Shown in pieces: positions 25,442 to 38,887 of a stretch of 64,000 nt of DNA. The stretch lies in contig OZ210885.1 in NCBI GenBank assembly GCA_964658305.1, positions 24,924,001 through 24,988,000 of the forward strand. The letters run 5' to 3'. The stretch comes from Leptogorgia sarmentosa. Lineage: Eukaryota. The stretch's first letter is position 1. The number at the start of each line of letters is the position of its first letter. The notes under the pieces are model-generated. The model was not told the origin of the DNA and did not search any database. It saw only the letters and a program-made list of their open reading frames with translations. A program made the translations under genes and the position numbers.

Positions 25442-28303
25442 ATGGAGCAGTCGAAATTGGAAAAGTTTTTTTCGCGTCTGGCACACAAACGACCAAGGGT
25501 TGATGATTCTGCCGATTCGCAAGATAGCCAAAACGTATTTGGAGTTCATGCTCTGGAAGAAAATGACACGGATACTCATTCTATAACGGACGAAAGCGTC
25601 GAAACGTCGCTTTGTTCAGGCAATACTTCAATTCCGGCTCGTAGAGGGTCTACTAGTACTAGTGACTGCGTCTACACAGACGTTGTCGTCGTTGACCAAC
25701 CAAGGTAAAATTAAAATTAAATTAATTAATACATTTAATTTACTAAAATTTCTATTAGTGATTTATATAGTCTGTAGACTCAGACTGTATTAACGTATTT
25801 ATACGTATTTTTACTATTGATCATTTAAATATTGTAGCGAGAAAACGATGGTAAATGCTTCCATTACAATTAAACATATACTTGACAGCATGATATAGGA
25901 TTTCAAGTTCTTTGTAGATTTGCATGGCGATAAAACATATAATAATCATTGTTTGTGGAAACACCACGTAGTCGTAAATTTCTCGAAAGCTTTGCAGTAA
26001 TAAATTTACGTGGTGTTTCCACAAACAATATTATATAGGATTTTGTTTCCCGTGTGAAAATATATTTAATAAAATTGAAATTCGAATTGAATTTGTGCAG
26101 CTTGGCAAAAGCGTCAAAAGAAACAATTAAGGATGGTTCAAGGAAGATTACACAGTGTAATGGAGAATGCTGCATTCTTGAACAAACTCAACCATACCAA
26201 CCGAATTTGAACTATTCAAAGATAACAAGGAAATCCCAAGGTTGTCAATATCGGTCGTTTCGGCCTGAATGGTATAAGACGTTTAACTGGTTATCATTTT
26301 GTTTGTTACGGAAGAAAGTATTTTGCTTCTATTGTCGGTTTACTTGTAGGAGAGACTTAAAATTTAGCGAGGACTGTGAAGACACTTTTACCAGAAAAGG
26401 ATTCGACAACTGGAAGAAAGCCACTGAAAAATGTGGAAAACACGAGAAGTCTCAAACTCATCGAGAAGCATTTTTCAAGTTTCAAGCACTTCAACAACCT
26501 AGCATTTCTGCACAAATTAATATGCAACATGCTGATGAACAAGTTAAACGAAGGGAGGCTTTACTGAAGCAATTGTCATCCCTGAAATACCTAGTGCGAC
26601 AAGGAACAAGCATAAGAGGGCACACAGACGATGAAGGTAACCTTATAGAACTTTTAAAGTGCCGTTCAGAAGATGTTCCGGTTCACACAGATTGGTTAAA
26701 ACACAGTTCATACAAGTCCCATGATATCATCAATGAGTTGATTCAGCTAATGGCACATGAAGTTCTACGGACGCTTCTTCATGATGTACGCGAAGCCCAG
26801 TGGTTCTCTCTAATAGCTGACGAAACGAGAGATATCAGTGGCTCAGAGCAACTATCAGTTTCGCTAAGATGGGTTGATGATAATTACACTATTCATGAAG
26901 ATCTAGTTGGCCTAATGGAAGTAGAAATGACTGATGCAGAAATACTTACCTCCACCCTAAAAGATGTTCTGTTACGTTGTAACCTTCAGTTATCTCAGTG
27001 TCGTGGTCAGGCCTACGATGGAGCGTCAAACATGGCTGGTCATATTTCTGGGGTCTCTACCAGAATCACCAGGGAAGAACCAAGAGCACTGTATGTTCAT
27101 TGTTTGGCTCACTCTTTGAACCTGTGCTTGCAGGATTGCGCTAGATATTGTGATTGTGTGAAAAATGCGTTAAGCTTAGCATCAGACTTGGCTAGGCTAA
27201 TTCGTGCTTCACCAAAGAGATTAGCGCTTTTTAAGAACTTAAAAGCCGAGATGAATCTCCAGACAACTGGTATCAAGCCTCTCTGTCCAACACGGTGGAC
27301 TGTTCGTACAGGTGCTCTTGACGCAATTATCAAGAATTATGAAGTTATATATACCGAGTTAGACATTGTTGGTAAAGATTCTAACGATGAATCTTCAAAC
27401 AAATCTTCTGGCTTGAAGGCCCTGATGGAAAAATTCAGCACATTCTTTGGTTTAAAGTTATCTTTTATGGTCTTCAGCGCAATGGAGGAACTGTCAAAGA
27501 CATTACAAAGCAGTGATCTGAACGCACAAGAAGCAAGCTCTGCAGCTGCTAGTGCACTTAAATTTCTTAAGAGGCAACGATCTGATGATCAGTTCATAAC
27601 ATTTTACCATTCAGTTGTTTCAGAAGCAAAAGATCACACTGACCCTCCAACGCTTCCTAAACAAAGAAGAATGCCAAAGAGATTCGATGATGGGTCTGTT
27701 AATCATCATTTTTCTACTCCAGAAGATTATTACCGGAAACAATATTTTGAAGTTCTAGATCTTCTTGCAGCTGAAATCGATAGGCGTTTTGATCAAAACT
27801 CTCTTAAAATAATAAATGAGATAGAGCACATGCTTTTAAACTCGTGTAATGGTGTTACGGTTCAGTTTTCCGAAGAGTTTTTAGAAAAGTACTCGACTGA
27901 TGTAAACGTTGAGCGTCTCAAAATCCAGTTGGCAATGCTGCAAGATTTAATCAAGACTGCCAACGAACAGTATCAATTCGGAATAAAGAGAGTCACATCG
28001 ATAAACACCCTCTGTGACGTTATGAATACGTGTAAATTCTCGAAAAATATGTTCAGTGAAGTTCACCGACTCCTACGTGTTTATCTAACTATCCCCATGT
28101 CGTCAGCAACGGCGGAAAGAACTTTTTCGGCGCTTCGAATTTTAAAGAACTACTTGCGGTCAAGTATGACACAAAAGAGGCTAAACCACATCATGCTACT
28201 GCACATTTACCAAGAAAAGGTCGATCACCTTGACTTGAGAGGAATTGCGAAGAGTTTTATTGAAGCCAATATTCGACGAAAGGCATTCTTTGGGGAATTC
28301 TGA
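25442..28303 (+). CDS. hAT transposase (exons 25442-25704, 26101-28303): TTF-type zinc finger, DDE core, C-terminal dimerisation domain
   Basis: Phase-2 GT-AG intron; motifs ADETRD, YDGASNM, HCLAHSLNL, CPTRW, SSATAERTFSALR..RLNHIMLLH; no stops. Confidence 0.93.
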
Positions 28304-28434
28304 CTGATAGACTGTGATTTTTATAACAGAAGTTACAAACAACATTTGTATGTATTGTTATAATGTTGTTGACTTATTGCTATTGTTGTCATGGGCTATA
28401 CATGAAAATAAAGTGATAAAACATAATTATGATG

Positions 28435-28669
28435 CAGCCGTTGAACAAAGACCTCAACGGGTAGTACCCAATATTTCTCAATTGAGAACACGGGTAATGC
28501 CCACACTGGACTATCGCCTAATATTGCTGGTCGGCGTTACAGTATTACTCTTGATATAGTTATATTAGTGTTAGATATAAACCACTTTTCTATATACTAA
28601 GAATTTCCTTAAGCCCAACCCAAACCCTTGAGAAATATCGGGACTACCCGTTGAGGTCTTTAACGGGTG
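28435..28669. mobile_element. MITE-like inverted repeat nested in the hAT 3' region
   Basis: AAAGACCTCAACGGGTAGT.CC.ATATTTCTCAA vs TTGAGAAATATCGGGACTACCCGTTGAGGTCTTT. Confidence 0.65.
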
Positions 28670-29344
28670 TATGATAATATACATTACATGACAGACTACT
28701 TGTACTTTTTAGTTTTTACAGTAAATACTACAAACTAAGTCAGAGTATTGGCTTTGTGGTTATGTGGAGGGTGGGACAAATAAAAGTTCAGTGAAGAACT
28801 TTCAGACTTTCCTGATTGATTCTAACCCACGATTTTGAATATGACATAGAGTAAGAACTTCTGATGCAAGCATTGCATTTATCTTGTGTTTGTGCTCTTT
28901 GTATCAAACCTAGAGTATGGACTATGGAATACAATTACATTTTTAAATCATTAAGATTAATATTATGTTTTATGTTCAGTCTCACAAAATGTAACACTGC
29001 TTATGTGCTGATTGCGCAGATCGTATGGTGATCTTTTCAAGCTTTCTGCGGCTTATATAATAGATATAATTGGTCGCTAATTTGCTTCATTAATTACTCA
29101 TTAATTCATGGTGAGACACTGAGTCATGAGATGGTCAAATGATCTACGCTCTACAGTATTACAGTATGCACAATTTCATCTCCTGATATCCGTGTTTTTG
29201 TTGATTTTGAACAATTTTTCAAAGGTAGGAGACATAACTACAGTGACTAGACGCTATGCCGTTTGTGTTTCCACTTAGACAAATACTACGATAAATTTTT
29301 TTTAATTTAGCCCCCCCAAAATAAAATATGTTCCGCCGCCCCTG

Positions 29345-29644
29345 TGTAACACCACTTTCAAGCTGCACTCGTTTCGATGTAAAATTCCCTAATTCTTCCC
29401 GGAGTTTTGGTATAGTACGGATTATACTTCTCTCATCTTGAATGGACAACTTTTTTGGTCTGCCTTTATTGATGGTCCGTTTATCAAAAACAGGATCGCC
29501 ATTCAACGGCTTTTTAGCGTGCTTGTATATAGCGGCCTTTGAATATTGCGGAAACATTTTTAACAGCTTCTTTCCTCGCAAGTTTGAAAGCTGAAATGCA
29601 GCTCTGATTTGGGCAGAATGCTCGTGAGAAATTTTATTCTTCAT
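29345..29644 (-). pseudogene. 5' fragment of a Tc1-like transposase (paired-like HTH region), cut by the hAT right TIR
   Basis: KGRPKKLSIQDERSIIR..FTSKRVQ (GRPR-like motif); homology stops exactly at 29344. Confidence 0.7.
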
Positions 29645-29827
29645 CTTCAAAAAAAAACAGTGATACGATTTTCGAAGTGGATGGTGCTTATGAATACATA
29701 GTATGAGGAAAACAGCATGATGCAGTATAAATAAGAATGACATGCTCAAAAGAGCATTATTTTCTTCCCACAACTACGCAGCATGGTTTAGAATTCAGCG
29801 TACAATTATCAGTCAAGAAAATTTGCC

Positions 29828-29861
<34 letters not shown>

Positions 29862-30208
29862 CCCCCACCCCCCTCCCCCCTCCCCCCTCCCCCCTCCCCT
29901 GTATACTTATAATGAACTGCTAACAAAAGCATACGCTACAAACAGAAACAAGAAAAAGCATACTATGTGAACTAGTAAAGAATAGACCACCAAAAATTTC
30001 GCATAAATTCAAATATTTACTGCGACGTTTTAATCAAATCCCCCCCCCCCCCGAAACTGTAATCCCCCACACTTCTGAAACACAGAATGCAACTATCAGT
30101 CATATGAATATATCAGTACGGCAAGTATATCCAAATAACCACAGAAAACATGAACAGGACAATAGATATTCCTCATGAAAAATCACTAAGTGTCACATTT
30201 TTTGGGTA

Positions 30209-30449
30209 CAATCTTGGAAATAATATATGTAGACTTTTAGGAAAAGTATGCACTTTCCACATAGCTGAAACTAAATTGTTGAAAACACACTGTTTCGCTG
30301 CCAAAACATTATTATCAACTGCCCCCTCCCCCCCTTACAATGTTGATAGTACAGCAAGCGATTTTTTGCCAACAACAACATTGTGTAGGGGGGGAAGGGG
30401 GCACATAGCAGATATTTTCAAAAAGTCTCCAAATTAATTTCCATGATTG
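30209..30449. mobile_element. MITE flanked by TA, with an internal C-rich/G-rich hairpin
   Basis: TA|CAATCTTGGAAATAAT..AGACTTTT vs AAAAGTCT..ATTAATTTCCATGATTG|TA. Confidence 0.65.
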
Positions 30450-30451
30450 TA

Positions 30452-31413
30452 GCATTTTCTTTGCTAGTTCGTGTTTCTTTGCAATCTGGTCTATTTTTAA
30501 TTGTGCAAGAGCTAGTCTTTCCCTTTTTTTAGACAGAGAAGACATTCTAGAGCTCGAACTTGAAGGTACGCTTCTTACTGATGCATTCGAGGGGAGTGGA
30601 TAGCCCTTATTCCCACTTTTATTTACTCCTTTACCCCACCATTTAATATCACGATCGAATTCAACTTTCTTCTGTATTTGCTCCTCATATACACTATACA
30701 ACTTTTCTCTCTCTCCTACACCGTCTATGACATCTAATAATTTCTCATGGGTGCTTACAAAGTCCTGCCAACACTTGTTATACGATGCAACTTTCTTCTC
30801 CATTTCATCAAAATTCTCATTTGACTTCATACGAGCTTCAAGCTCTCTTTGCATTCTCGTTAAGGCACCAATATATCCAGCTCGCGAAGAATATAGAGCC
30901 TTTGCCCTTTCTGCTTCACCACCGTCCACACACCTTGATTTATTTAAAGCTCGTAAAGAATATCTTGTACTTTTTCTAGATATAAGTACGCCAGCCTCAG
31001 ATCTTGTCCCCATGTTTACATCATTTTCACCACCAATACGCGACAATTCTCCGTCTCCAGTTCCCTGAACTGGCCACGAACGAACAGACATGGTTCTCCG
31101 CAAATTAATCCACAAAGACAATACGAGGGAAGTCCGAAAACTTCATATAGATTCCTATCTATATTTGATAAACCTCAATTATTAAACTCCTCAGTGATTT
31201 TACGTGTTTGTGTGGTTTTCTATTGAAATAAATTACAAGATACAAGTTACTACTAAATAAACATAGACAGACATATAAACTAAACAATAAACTAACCGGA
31301 CTGTTCCTAAACGCACACGAAAGTCTTCAAATTTTATAAAACACTAAAATATCCAAAATGGCGGTCAAACATGTGGTCTCGTCCCAAATCTCCTCCGCCA
31401 CTGACCTCTAACA
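30452..31413 (-). mobile_element. 5' remnant of a second Bel/Pao-like element (putative LTR ~31413-31147 plus gag N-terminus)
   Basis: ORF with SRAGYIGALTR, Ser-rich stretch and KRERLALAQLK typical of Pao gag N-termini; TGTTAG start at 31413. Confidence 0.55.
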
Positions 31414-31826
31414 AAACCTGGATAATTTGAACATCTATGTACAAACGGTAGCTACACATTGATAGCCCCGAACTTCCGCGAAAACGAAGAGTACCCAAAA
31501 GATACGACAATGGCAACAGTGATGACCACTTCTAAAGCCAACAGCAGAGTCAATGAATTATGAGTTACAAAAATTCACAGTTCACGATTTGATAAAGTTT
31601 TTGCAGGGCCTTAGTCATTCCAGAAAAATAGCGATGTCCGAAATTATCAAAGCGGCGAAGATCCTCCTTGTATTGCCAGCCACTAATGCGTCCAGCGAAA
31701 GATCATTCTCAGCATTAAAACGAGTTAAGACTTATTTGAGATCAAGCACAACTGACCATCGACTGAATCATCTCCTGACGCTTCATGTCCACCAAGACAA
31801 AGTGGATGATATGAATATAATAGGTG
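31414..31826 (+). pseudogene. Degenerate hAT transposase C-terminal fragment
   Basis: PELPRKRRVPKRYD and LPATNASSERSFSALKRVKTYLRS..RLNHLLTLHVH; breaks off at 31826. Confidence 0.85.
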
Positions 31827-31928
31827 AGTAGGTTATCGCGTACATATGGCGCCGGAAGTAATTAGTATGCAAGGAGAACGAATGCCTTAGCGCCGGAAGT
31901 AAATAGCATGCGAAAAGTAGCGCTAATT

Positions 31929-34519
31929 AACAAGGGTGAATTTCGCTCTCGACCAATCAGCGCATTTGTTGACATTTTTGCGCTAAGCCAGTCAGAACGC
32001 GTAAATCGCTATTTTGTAAACAAAGATGGGTACAGATATATACTTTACTCTTCTGCTTTGTTGCCATTGGAATCTTGATATTTTATTCTGAAATTAGAAT
32101 ATGTTGTTTAGGAAAGATTTTCCTACAATATTACCGTGGCGATTTGTAAATAATGGCGATTTTGGGGAGATATGCACGTCCAAACTTTGCCTCGCGCAAG
32201 CATAAATAATGCCCTTCGAATCCACCAACCTTTTGATATCTTAACTTATTAACTCGTTAATTTCCCGTGTCTAAACATGGATCAATTCACGATCACAGTG
32301 TCATGAGTCATGATATGCACTACATGACTAACGGATGCTTTTGCGAACGTTTCAATCGCTTTTATTTTGCGAAGGAAAGCGAACGATATTCTGAAACTCA
32401 CCGAACTTCAAGACATCGAAGTCTCAAACCTATGCCAAGTTTTCACCCTCGATATCAAATTGAAGACATGAGGAATTCTTAGCAAATCTTGCACACGCTT
32501 ATGTCTGGAAGGTTGCACTGGAGATGAAACGAATTCCCACAGCCAAGAAAGACGCGCCATAATGTGCTTGTGTGAGTGAATGGACGGCATCACACACTCT
32601 GGTTTAAATCACAGAGTAAGAATAAGGTAAGAATTGATGTATATATTTTTATTGTACTATTTTAGAGACAAGGAAAGAACAGTGCAGCTGTCATTCAGTT
32701 ATAGAAAGTATATATTAGTAAAATTTATTGGACAAACTGAAATTCCCTATCTAGTTTTAAATTTGATGTTTTAATTTTGCAAGCAATAACACATTAATAT
32801 ATTGCACTGCAATTATATGACCAATTACATGTAACTTACTTTTGTAGATTTAGTGACATTTCCTCTGAGGAAAATCCAAGTGGGAGCACTCTGTTGGTTA
32901 CAACTTGTTCACCAAATAAATTGGGTAAGACCCATCTGCTTATGTCCTTCCTCTGCCTGCACTGCATCCCATGGTTGCTGGGTGGCTTGTCCTGAGTAGG
33001 AGTGGATTAGCTCAAACTTTTAAACTAAATATCTGCTGCTTTGGTTTTTAGACAATCAATCTGCTTTCTGCTGAAGTTAAATTTTCTGGGTGGGACAAAT
33101 GATGACTGAAACTCCTGCATTTCTTTCTTGCATGCATCAATCTCTCTGGGATCAATTGACTTAACGCCACACCCCACATGCATGGGTGGCATATATTCAC
33201 AAAATAAACCAGTCCCAAACCATATATCTGACCCTAACCACCAGTCCTAAACCATAACCATGTGGGGTGGCATTAAAGTCAATTGATCCCAGAGAGATTG
33301 ATGCATGCAAGAAAGAAATGCAGGAGTTTCAGTCATCATTTGTCCCACCCAGAAAATTTAACTTCAGCAGAAAGCAGATTGATTGTCTAAAAACCAAAGC
33401 AGCAGATATTTAGTTTAAAAGTTTGAGCTAATCCACTCCAACTCAGGACAAGCCACCCAACAACCACAGGATGCAGTGCAGACAGAGGAAGGACATAAGC
33501 AGATGGGTCTTACCCAATTTATTTGGTGAACAAGTTGTAACCAACAGAGTGCTCCCACTTGAATTTTCCTCAGAGGAAATGTCACTAAATCTACAAAAGT
33601 AAGTTACATGTAATTGGTCATATAATTGCAGTGCAATATATTAATGTGTTATTGCTTGCAAAATTAAAACATCAAATTTAAAACTAGATAGGGAATTTCA
33701 GTTTGTCCAATAAATTTTACTAATATATACTTTCTATAACTGAATGACAGCTGCACTGTTCTTTCCTTGTCTCTAAAATAGTACAATAAAAATATATACA
33801 TCAATTCTTACCTTATTCTAACTCTGTGATTTAAACCAGAGTGTGTGATGCCGTCCATTGCACTCACACAAGCACATTATGGCGCGTCTTTCTTGGCTGT
33901 GGGAATTCGTTTCATCTCCAGTGCAACCTTCCAGACATAAGCGTGTGCAAGATTTGCTAAGAATTCCTCATGTCTTCAATTTGATATCGAGGGTGAAAAC
34001 CAAGGCATAGGTTTGAGTTCGATGTCTTGAACGGTTCGGTGAGTTTCAGAATATCGTTCGCTTTCCTTCGCAAAATAAAAGCGATTGAAACGTTCGCAAA
34101 AGCATCCGTTAGTCATGTATAGTGCATATCATTACTCATGACACTGTGATCGTGAATTGATCCATGTTTAGACACGGGAAATTAACAAGTTAATAAGTTA
34201 AGATTTCAAAAGGTTGGTGGTTTCGAAGGGCATTATTTATGCTTGCGCGAGGCAAAGTTTAAACGTGCATATCTCTCCAAAATCGCCATTATTTACAAAT
34301 CGCCACTAGTGCACCAATATTGTAGGAAAATCTTTCCTAAACAACATATTTTAATTTCAGATTAAAATATCAAGATTCCAATGGCAACAAAGCCGAAGAG
34401 TAAAGTATATATCTGTACCCATCTTTGTTTACAAAATAGCGATTTACGCGTTCTGATTGGCTTAGCGCAAAAATGTCAACAAATGCGCTGATTGGTCGAG
34501 AACGAAATTCCCCCTTGTT
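31929..34519. mobile_element. Foldback (Mutator-like) non-autonomous element: ~1.25-kb inverted arms, ~80-bp spacer
   Basis: 31929-33180 is the near-perfect reverse complement of 33259-34519; 9-bp TSD GCGCTAATT at 31920-31928 and 34520-34528. Confidence 0.92.
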
Positions 34520-34810
34520 GCGCTAATTAGCATGCCAAAAAGTAATTAGTTTGCAGGGGGTTAATACGGCATGCAAAACGTTCGCGAGTAACAGTTGACA
34601 CCCGATGATGTGTGACAATTTCAAATAGTGTGTGTATTGTGATACGGATACGGTGGCCCAGAAGGGACAACACAATCAATAATTAAACCACTGCGATAAA
34701 ATTGAATTCGTGCAAATAACACAACCAATTCATTGCAAACAAAACATCAAACTGCAAACATATATTGAGTTACATTTTCCAACGACACTCTGCCAACAGA
34801 ATACAAAGTC

Positions 34811-35262
34811 ACGCTGCAAACAAAATAAAAAGCACGCTGCAAACAAAATAAAAAGCACACTGCAAACAAAATAAAAAGCACGCTGCAAACAAAATAAAAA
34901 GCACACTGCAAACAAAATAAAAAGCACACTGCAAACAAAATAAAAAGCACGCTGCAAACAAAATAAAAAGCACACTGCAAACAAAATAAAAAGCACACTG
35001 CAAACAAAATAAAAAGCACGCTGCAAACAAAATAAAAAGCACACTGCAAACAAAATAAAAAGCACACTGCAAACAAAATAAAAAGCACACTGCAAACAAA
35101 ATAAAAAGCACGCTGCAAACAAAATAAAAAGCACACTGCAAACAAAATAAAAAGCACACTGCAAACAAAATAAAAAGCACACTGCAAACAAAATAAAAAG
35201 CACACTGCAAACAAAATAAAAAGCACACTGCAAACAAAATAAAAAGCACACTGCAAACAAAA
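34811..35262. repeat. 23-bp tandem array (~20 copies) in the left TIR
   Basis: CA(C)(A/G)CTGCAAACAAAATAAAAAG unit, period 23. Confidence 0.95.
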
Positions 35263-35406
35263 ACTCTACACGAATGCGCGCGCAGATGTCAAAGGGAATT
35301 TCCTAAGGAAATATTTTTTGTAAGGAAATTTTGGAAGTTTACTTACATGATGAATGATGATTTGATGATTTGCATTCATTCGTGATTCATTCTCGCAAAA
35401 GCCAAA

Positions 35407-38400
35407 ATGTCGTCAAATCCGTCAATGAGAAATGAGATTCGCGAAGCCGTTCGAGAAGAAGTAACCCGTTTGCTTTCAGGCACTTCACCATCTACTTCTA
35501 CATCAGAAGAAACAAGACGACAATGCGATGACAAAAACCGTTCATCCTCGCGTTCATCAATCCCGTGTACCTCGCAATCTAGTTCGACGTTAACGTTCGA
35601 AGACTTTTATAAAATGCGTGAAAGCCAACGTCAATTAGGTTGTAAACCACAAAAAAAGAGGAAGAAAAGCCCTTCAACAAGCGCTCCAAAGAAATCGACA
35701 AACGTCGAAATTAAGGTTGGCATGGCTAGCCAGTCTGACGGAACTATTAAAACTCGCCGGGGTAAGACGCACGTGATAACCGTTAACTCATCTGCATCTA
35801 AAGAAGAGATCGTTCAAAAGGCTGTAGAAAAACATTCTAGTTTCGACCAGTCGTTTGATGACACTGTAGCATACGTGTTATTATACCCAGATTATCGAGA
35901 AGTCCATTGCATACCTGGAACTACGAAGCCCTTCGTACTCTCGGAATACAAACAGGCAATTTCAAAGGATTATAAGCGTCTTACTTTCTATCTCATCCCA
36001 TTGGACGATGTAGTAGATAATTCGGACGAAAGCGATCAAGAATCACGAAAATCCACGCCTGTACCTGCTGACATTCGCAAATATGTTTTCAATCCAATCC
36101 CTCCTGTCACTACCATTAACATTGACGATCAAGATGCTTTGTCAAAAGAATCTGCAGGTGAGGTATTTATCCAATACTGGTATAGTTGTATGACAGACAT
36201 GTTTAGTTTTGAAGATATTTCAAATTTTCCAATATTAAACGTGAATTGTCAGAATTGATATTATTATGTTGTGATACAAATGGATCAACTCAAAGGGCAG
36301 GGACTGGTTTATAATTTGAACCTCAATCCACAATGGACCCAAAGTGCACACAACCCAACACTTGGCAATTTTACATGATTGTCAATGTGGCATCTGTGCA
36401 GCTGAAATAGGTTAATTATATGTGTAAAAATATTAATTTTGTTATGGATAGAACTACTGAACATCACATAACTTGCATTATCATGGTGTAGTTTAACTGC
36501 ATGACAATCAAATTTCAAAATTGCTCTGCCACTCTTGAACATCCTGTCCTGTTCTTGAACATCTGTCCTGTTGTCAGTGCTCACTTGCCCTCCTAACTCA
36601 AAAATGACAGTTGTTTATACTGTAAAAATCAATAAATTGTTCAATTTTAAATTATTTTAAATAAGATATTGAGGAATCACATTGCTCAGTGCTTACAAAA
36701 TTTATCATAGTCACAATCACTGTGGATGCCTATGATTGAATACATTTCCATTTAGTACAATGCTTGATTGTGCTTATTGCTTAGCAGCTGTAGTTCAGTT
36801 GGCAAAGTGCTGCACTAAAATCTACTGGGTGGCAAGTCAATTCCTGCCACCAGAATGAGTGTTGTATTTCTTGCAGCATTCCTGGATCGTCTACTTGTTT
36901 GCAATCACGTTTTCCGAGAGTATTTGCATATTCTATAATGTTTTTGTTTCTATTGCAGTGCATGGTGTAGAGTGTCCAACCTGTTTCAACAAATTTCCTG
37001 TAGATGAAATCTTGCAGCATGCTGATTTATGTGCTTCTAGTATGATTGATTGGGACGTAAGCAATCCAAATGTTATGCCAGAAGATAGCAAATTAGATGA
37101 ACTTGCTAGTGAATTGTGGGATGATGATCCCATTGAGCTGCACACTCACCAATCATTAATCAACAAAGCCAAAGAAAATATGGAAACTGGGCAAACAATC
37201 AGGATTAATGTAACCAGAAAAACATTATGGGATGATTTTACTCGTGAAAGAGCAAGGCGACTAAAACCTAGCAAAATGTTGAAAGTTGTGTTTGTTGATG
37301 AACCGGCAATTGACGATGGTGGCCCACGCAGGGAACTCTTTTCAGGTAATCTCTGTCAAGAATCATGTGGGAAATTTTGTATTCTACATGAGGGGATGTT
37401 TCTCCATGTATAAATAGTTGCTAGGGTGGGAGCAACATCGTCCACCGTGCTTATGTAAATTTTTGTTCACTGTAGATATGTTGGAACTTGCAAAGCGGAA
37501 ATTGTTTCAAAATGGGTGGCCAGTTAAGTCAGTGATTGCTCTTTCTTCCCAGCAATTCCGTTTAGTTGGAGAATTGATGGTTATGTCGATATTACAAGGG
37601 GGACCTGTAACTGAATACAGAATACAGAAACGGCGTTTTCAAAACGAAAAGTATATTTACAAGTAATTACCATTTCACCATGAGCATGTCGCAAATTTCA
37701 CTTGGGCAAAGTAATATATGATCGATGCAAGTGCATTTATATTGTAGATCAATATGCATAAAAGATCAGTTTTCTGATTACTTGCCCCAATTAATGCAAC
37801 TGGAGGAGGGTTTGTCGACATGTGAAGTATTGGATTCCATTCAAAAGTTTCCAAGTGTTTGGAAAGCAATTTTCCATCCCAGTGACGACTTCAAGTTGAA
37901 TGCTGACAAATTTTTGGACGAAGTGGTCGTAGACTATAGCTGTTCACAGATATTGCGAGATAAAGAATTCGATACATATAAGTCATTTTGCAATGTGATA
38001 ATGCTTTATGATGATGGTAAGAGACTAAGAGTCAAACTTCCAAGTGCACATAGCACAGTATTTGTAAATGTACTGTATGTAACTTGAAACAAAATTTGAT
38101 GGGTTTGACAGTATTTATCCCCGATCTATTCAAAAGAGGTACTTGCAAATGACAGATCCACTGTCGCTTTGACTTTGGTAGGTCAATAAATTGTCTATAC
38201 ATTTTTAGGAATTGATGGAATTTATATGGATGAATTCGTGAAATGGATGACCGGTTCAAAAACCATACCACCCCTTGGATTTCCGAAAAAATACTCTGTG
38301 CGTTTCGTACATGGTTGTGAAGAAGGATGCCGCTGTCGACCTACAGTTTCTACATGCGATATTACATTGAAAATTCCAGTTCATCTGTCAACAGAAGAAG

Positions 38401-38459
38401 ATATGCGAGATGTTTTGAGATCAGCAATTAAGGACTGTGTCGGGTTTGGCAACATTTAA
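35407..38459 (+). CDS. Spliced G2E3-like HECT E3 ubiquitin ligase with UBZ-type zinc finger; probably internally deleted
   Basis: Exons 35407-36157, 36959-37345, 37476-~37606, 37748-38016, 38209-38459. Motifs CPTCFNKFPVDEILQHADLC, EPAIDDGGPRRELF, WMTGSKTIPPLGF, PTVSTC..LKIP, GFG. Splice phase mismatch after GGP at ~37606. Confidence 0.8.
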
Positions 38460-38887
38460 GCACATCCCTCGTTTATTGTTACGTTCATGCAGACTGTTCT
38501 ATTCAAGAGTTATCAATTAAAGCACAAAGACAAGATTATTCATTATTCTGATTGACGTTGCAATGACATGTCGTTCTTGGTTGCACCTTTTCACGGATTA
38601 TCGCCAAGTGACAGTAGGAAACATTCACGTTGGATATGATTTTCAGGTCCAGAAAATTACGCACTGTATCTATTATGTATACGGATATATTTACATTATT
38701 TTACCTAGTTTTGTTATTTCAATAATTCTTCACATTCATTTCGAACACTGCTGTTAATATCCAAGTGAGGAAAAACTACAACTTGACTGTAAAAGTTTAT
38801 GCATAATGCGTAACACCGTTCACATTATTTTGGGCTGAACGCATGATTATATACCGAATTTAAAGCATGAATTCTTGCAAGATTTTC

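Larger units (their letters stand above)
25043..29344 (+). mobile_element. hAT DNA transposon (ZMYM1-like class), both TIRs present, no TSD
   Basis: CAGTGGCGGCGGAACA...TGTTCCGCCGCCCCTG; subterminal TAGCCCCCCC motifs; flanks GCATTTGG and TGTAACAC differ. Confidence 0.9.

Noticed and set aside
29830..29900. (TA)n and C-rich tract
   Set aside because: Simple low-complexity sequence with no further structure.
34730..35260. Cys/Phe-rich ORFs here and at 40125-40470
   Set aside because: Translations of the 23-bp repeat, open in all three frames.
34811..35262. 23-bp array as a CRISPR array
   Set aside because: No spacers; head-to-tail minisatellite mirrored in the other TIR; eukaryotic context with no cas genes.
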